Assembly (NCBI RefSeq): GCF_001194135.2
Contig: NC_068987.1
Span: forward strand, 49,840,748 to 49,895,131
DNA: 54,384 bases
Source: Octopus bimaculoides
Lineage: Eukaryota
Reading direction: 5' to 3'
Made by a program: the position numbers and the translations under genes. The stretch's first letter is position 1, and the number at the start of each line of letters is the position of its first letter. Shown one piece after another: positions 52,430-54,384 of the stretch. The notes under the pieces were generated by a model. That model was not told the DNA's origin. It searched no databases and saw only the letters and a program-made list of their open reading frames with translations.

Positions 52430-53610
52430 CGAAGCTATCAACACCTGGGTGGTTCATTCCTTAGATATGGAGCAGGGGTAATTGCATGGGCTGTAGATGA
52501 ACTAAACAGCTTAGACAGAAAGACAAGGAAGTTGCTAACTAGATATGGGTCGTTCCACCCAAAAAGTGACACAGACAGACTGTATGTACCAAGAAAAAAA
52601 AAGGGGGGGGGAAGAGGACTTATTGGATGTGAACACAGCATTAGAGCAGAAGAAACAACATAGCATGGTATGTAAAAAATGCCACGGAACCGCTATTATA
52701 AGAAGTAAGAGGGTCAGGCTTGTATAGGATGAAAGATTGCAAAGATAAAGCACTATACAAGAAATTGAAAACGAATGAAACTGAAAATAGGTGGGTAAAG
52801 AAAAGAATGCATGATCAATTTCATAGAGATTTTAAGACAGACAGAGAAAAAAGATGGCTGTAGATGACTAAAAGTGATTTAAAACCAGAAACGGAGGCTC
52901 TAATCTGTGCTGCCCAAGAGCAAGCACTAAGAACAAACTACATAAAATACAGAATAGACAGCACATCAGAAAGTGATAAGTGCAGAATCTGTGGACAAAA
53001 CGGTGAAACCATATGACATACTACCAGCCAATGTACGCCACTAGTCCAGAAGGAATATAAGAGAAGCCATGACAATATAGCCAGGCTTGTCCATTGGACA
53101 CTTCAACAAGTATAGACTTGACAGAGCAAAAAATTGGTATGACCACAAACCTGAAGGCATCACCGAAAATAGAAATGCAAAGATCCTATGGGATTTTATG
53201 ATTCAGTGCGACCATGAGATAGAGAATAGGAAGCCAGACATAGTCTTAATTGAGAAATAAAACAAACTATGTTGGATCATAGATATAGCATACTCGGCTG
53301 ACAACAAGGTATGCGATAAGGAAGAAAGAAAAGTTGAGAGATGTGACAGGTTAGCTTGGGAAGTTAAGCAGTTGTGGTCAATGAAAAAGGTAGCAGTAGT
53401 ACCAATAATTGTTGGAGTCCTGGAAGCAGTGCGAGAAGTGTGTGGAACAAATAGGGGCTGCAATAAGGGTGGAGCAGAAAACAGCACTGCTTGGAACCGC
53501 TCGAATACTCCAGAAGGTGCTCGAAAAATAAGAGGTGTTACCTTACTTCACAGGTAGTGAACAGCTGACACTGTAGTACATCTCCAGTATTAGAAGCTGT
53601 GCAAAGGCAA
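52430..53610 (+). mobile_element. 5'-truncated R4/Dong-like RLE non-LTR retrotransposon in a TAA repeat
   Basis: ETEALICAAQEQALRTNYIK...KCRICGQNGETIxHTTSQC (CCHC)...KILWDFMIQCDHEIENRKPDIVLIE...IIDIA...VPIIVGVL. Flanked by (TAA)n(GAA)n and (TAA)n. Confidence 0.85.
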
Positions 53611-53697
53611 TAATAATAATAATATGATGTCATTCCATCAACATATGGACACTGGTTGCTCTCGTTCATACTTTACGTTTGTGCATATTCTCAAAAA

Positions 53698-53729
<32 letters not shown>

Positions 53730-53809
53730 TTTTTAAAAAAAGGGTTGACATAACTCTTCACGAAGGTAAATAGTCAAGACGAAGAGTGCGATTTTAGATG
53801 TTTTATTTT

Positions 53810-53852
53810 TTGAACAACATTTCGACAGAACGTCTGTCTTTCTCAAGTTCAA
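53810..53852 (-). ncRNA. Minimal type I hammerhead ribozyme, U3-A8 core variant
   Basis: Minus strand: UUGAAC-UUGAGAA-A-GACAGA(CGU)UCUGUC-GAAA-UGUU-GUUCAA. Helix I (6 bp) and helix II (6 bp) are perfect. It lies about 230 nt downstream of the GIY-YIG stop. Confidence 0.75.
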
Positions 53853-54082
53853 ACCAAAAGGTGATTGAAAATTCAAAATTTCAGAAACCAAACGTAAACT
53901 ATGAATGTGAGTAACCAGCGTCCATACGTTGATAGAATGACATCATCAGCTTTTGTCAGTTTTTTAATAAGCAGAAAGAAAGAAAGAAAAAGGAAGACAA
54001 CAGAAAAAGAAAAGAAAAAGAGAGAAAGAAGAATATTCAATCAAACAGTTTTGTATAAATTTGATGATATTCTCCTGTCATC

Positions 54083-54384
54083 TTATCCTCCAGGGCATGA
54101 TGTCAATAACCCGCAAACATATTTCTCCTCATACATTCTGAGAAGTGAAAGTGGGGTACATTCAGGATATTTTTTGAGAATGTGCACTTTCAAATCTTCT
54201 TCAAAATTGCAGCTGCTTGAAACGAAATGTTCAGCAAGTTCTGTTGAACTACTGTTCTTGTGCCTGACGTCGAATCTGTGCCCATTAAACCTTTTGTTTA
54301 ATTGTTCTGTTGTACAGCCAACATAAATCAAGTTATGTTTCGTGCATTCTGCACCGTACACTAAATGGGAATCTTTGCAGGTTC
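54083..54384 (-). CDS. GIY-YIG endonuclease C-terminus of a Penelope-like retroelement (open to the window edge)
   Basis: In frame from the edge: TCKDSHLVYGAECTKHNLIYVGCTTEQLNKRFNGH...ELAEHF...KVHIL, matching the PLE pattern VxY..C..C/H...YVGxT..L..R...H. Confidence 0.85.
   Translation of the reverse strand, partial: TCKDSHLVYGAECTKHNLIYVGCTTEQLNKRFNGHRFDVRHKNSSSTELAEHFVSSSCNFEEDLKVHILKKYPECTPLSLLRMYEEKYVCGLLTSCPGG

Overview
AT-rich, repeat-dense eukaryotic DNA with three assembly gaps. It is most consistent with an octopod cephalopod (Octopus-like tRNA-SINEs, RTE tails and microsatellites); the organism call is an inference. One host gene is well supported: a minus-strand tektin-3/5-family gene. 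Its six coding exons were reconstructed by hand (19687-18980, 16753-16683, 14296-14153, 11765-11543, 6572-6418, 901-655). All introns are GT-AG with consistent phases, giving 1548 nt and 515 aa. Its 5' UTR exon(s) and promoter probably lie in a CpG-retaining region at about 31.7-35.7 kb. The rest is decayed mobile DNA: a deleted Gypsy LTR element, RTE LINEs and their tails, R4/Dong-like RLE elements, two Penelope-like (GIY-YIG) elements, mariner and maT transposons, MITEs and SINEs. The most notable observations are (i) a hammerhead ribozyme motif with a compensatory U3-A8 core downstream of a GIY-YIG ORF, (ii) a 480-bp fold-back insertion carrying two hammerheads with an 11-12 bp TSD, (iii) long inverted repeats in three tektin introns, including a 355-nt hairpin 79 nt from a splice donor and a nested double-inverted element, and (iv) position-dependent CpG retention within one SINE family. 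No CRISPR, rRNA or bona fide tRNA genes were found. No wholly new biological system is demonstrated; ribozymes in Penelope-like elements are a known phenomenon.
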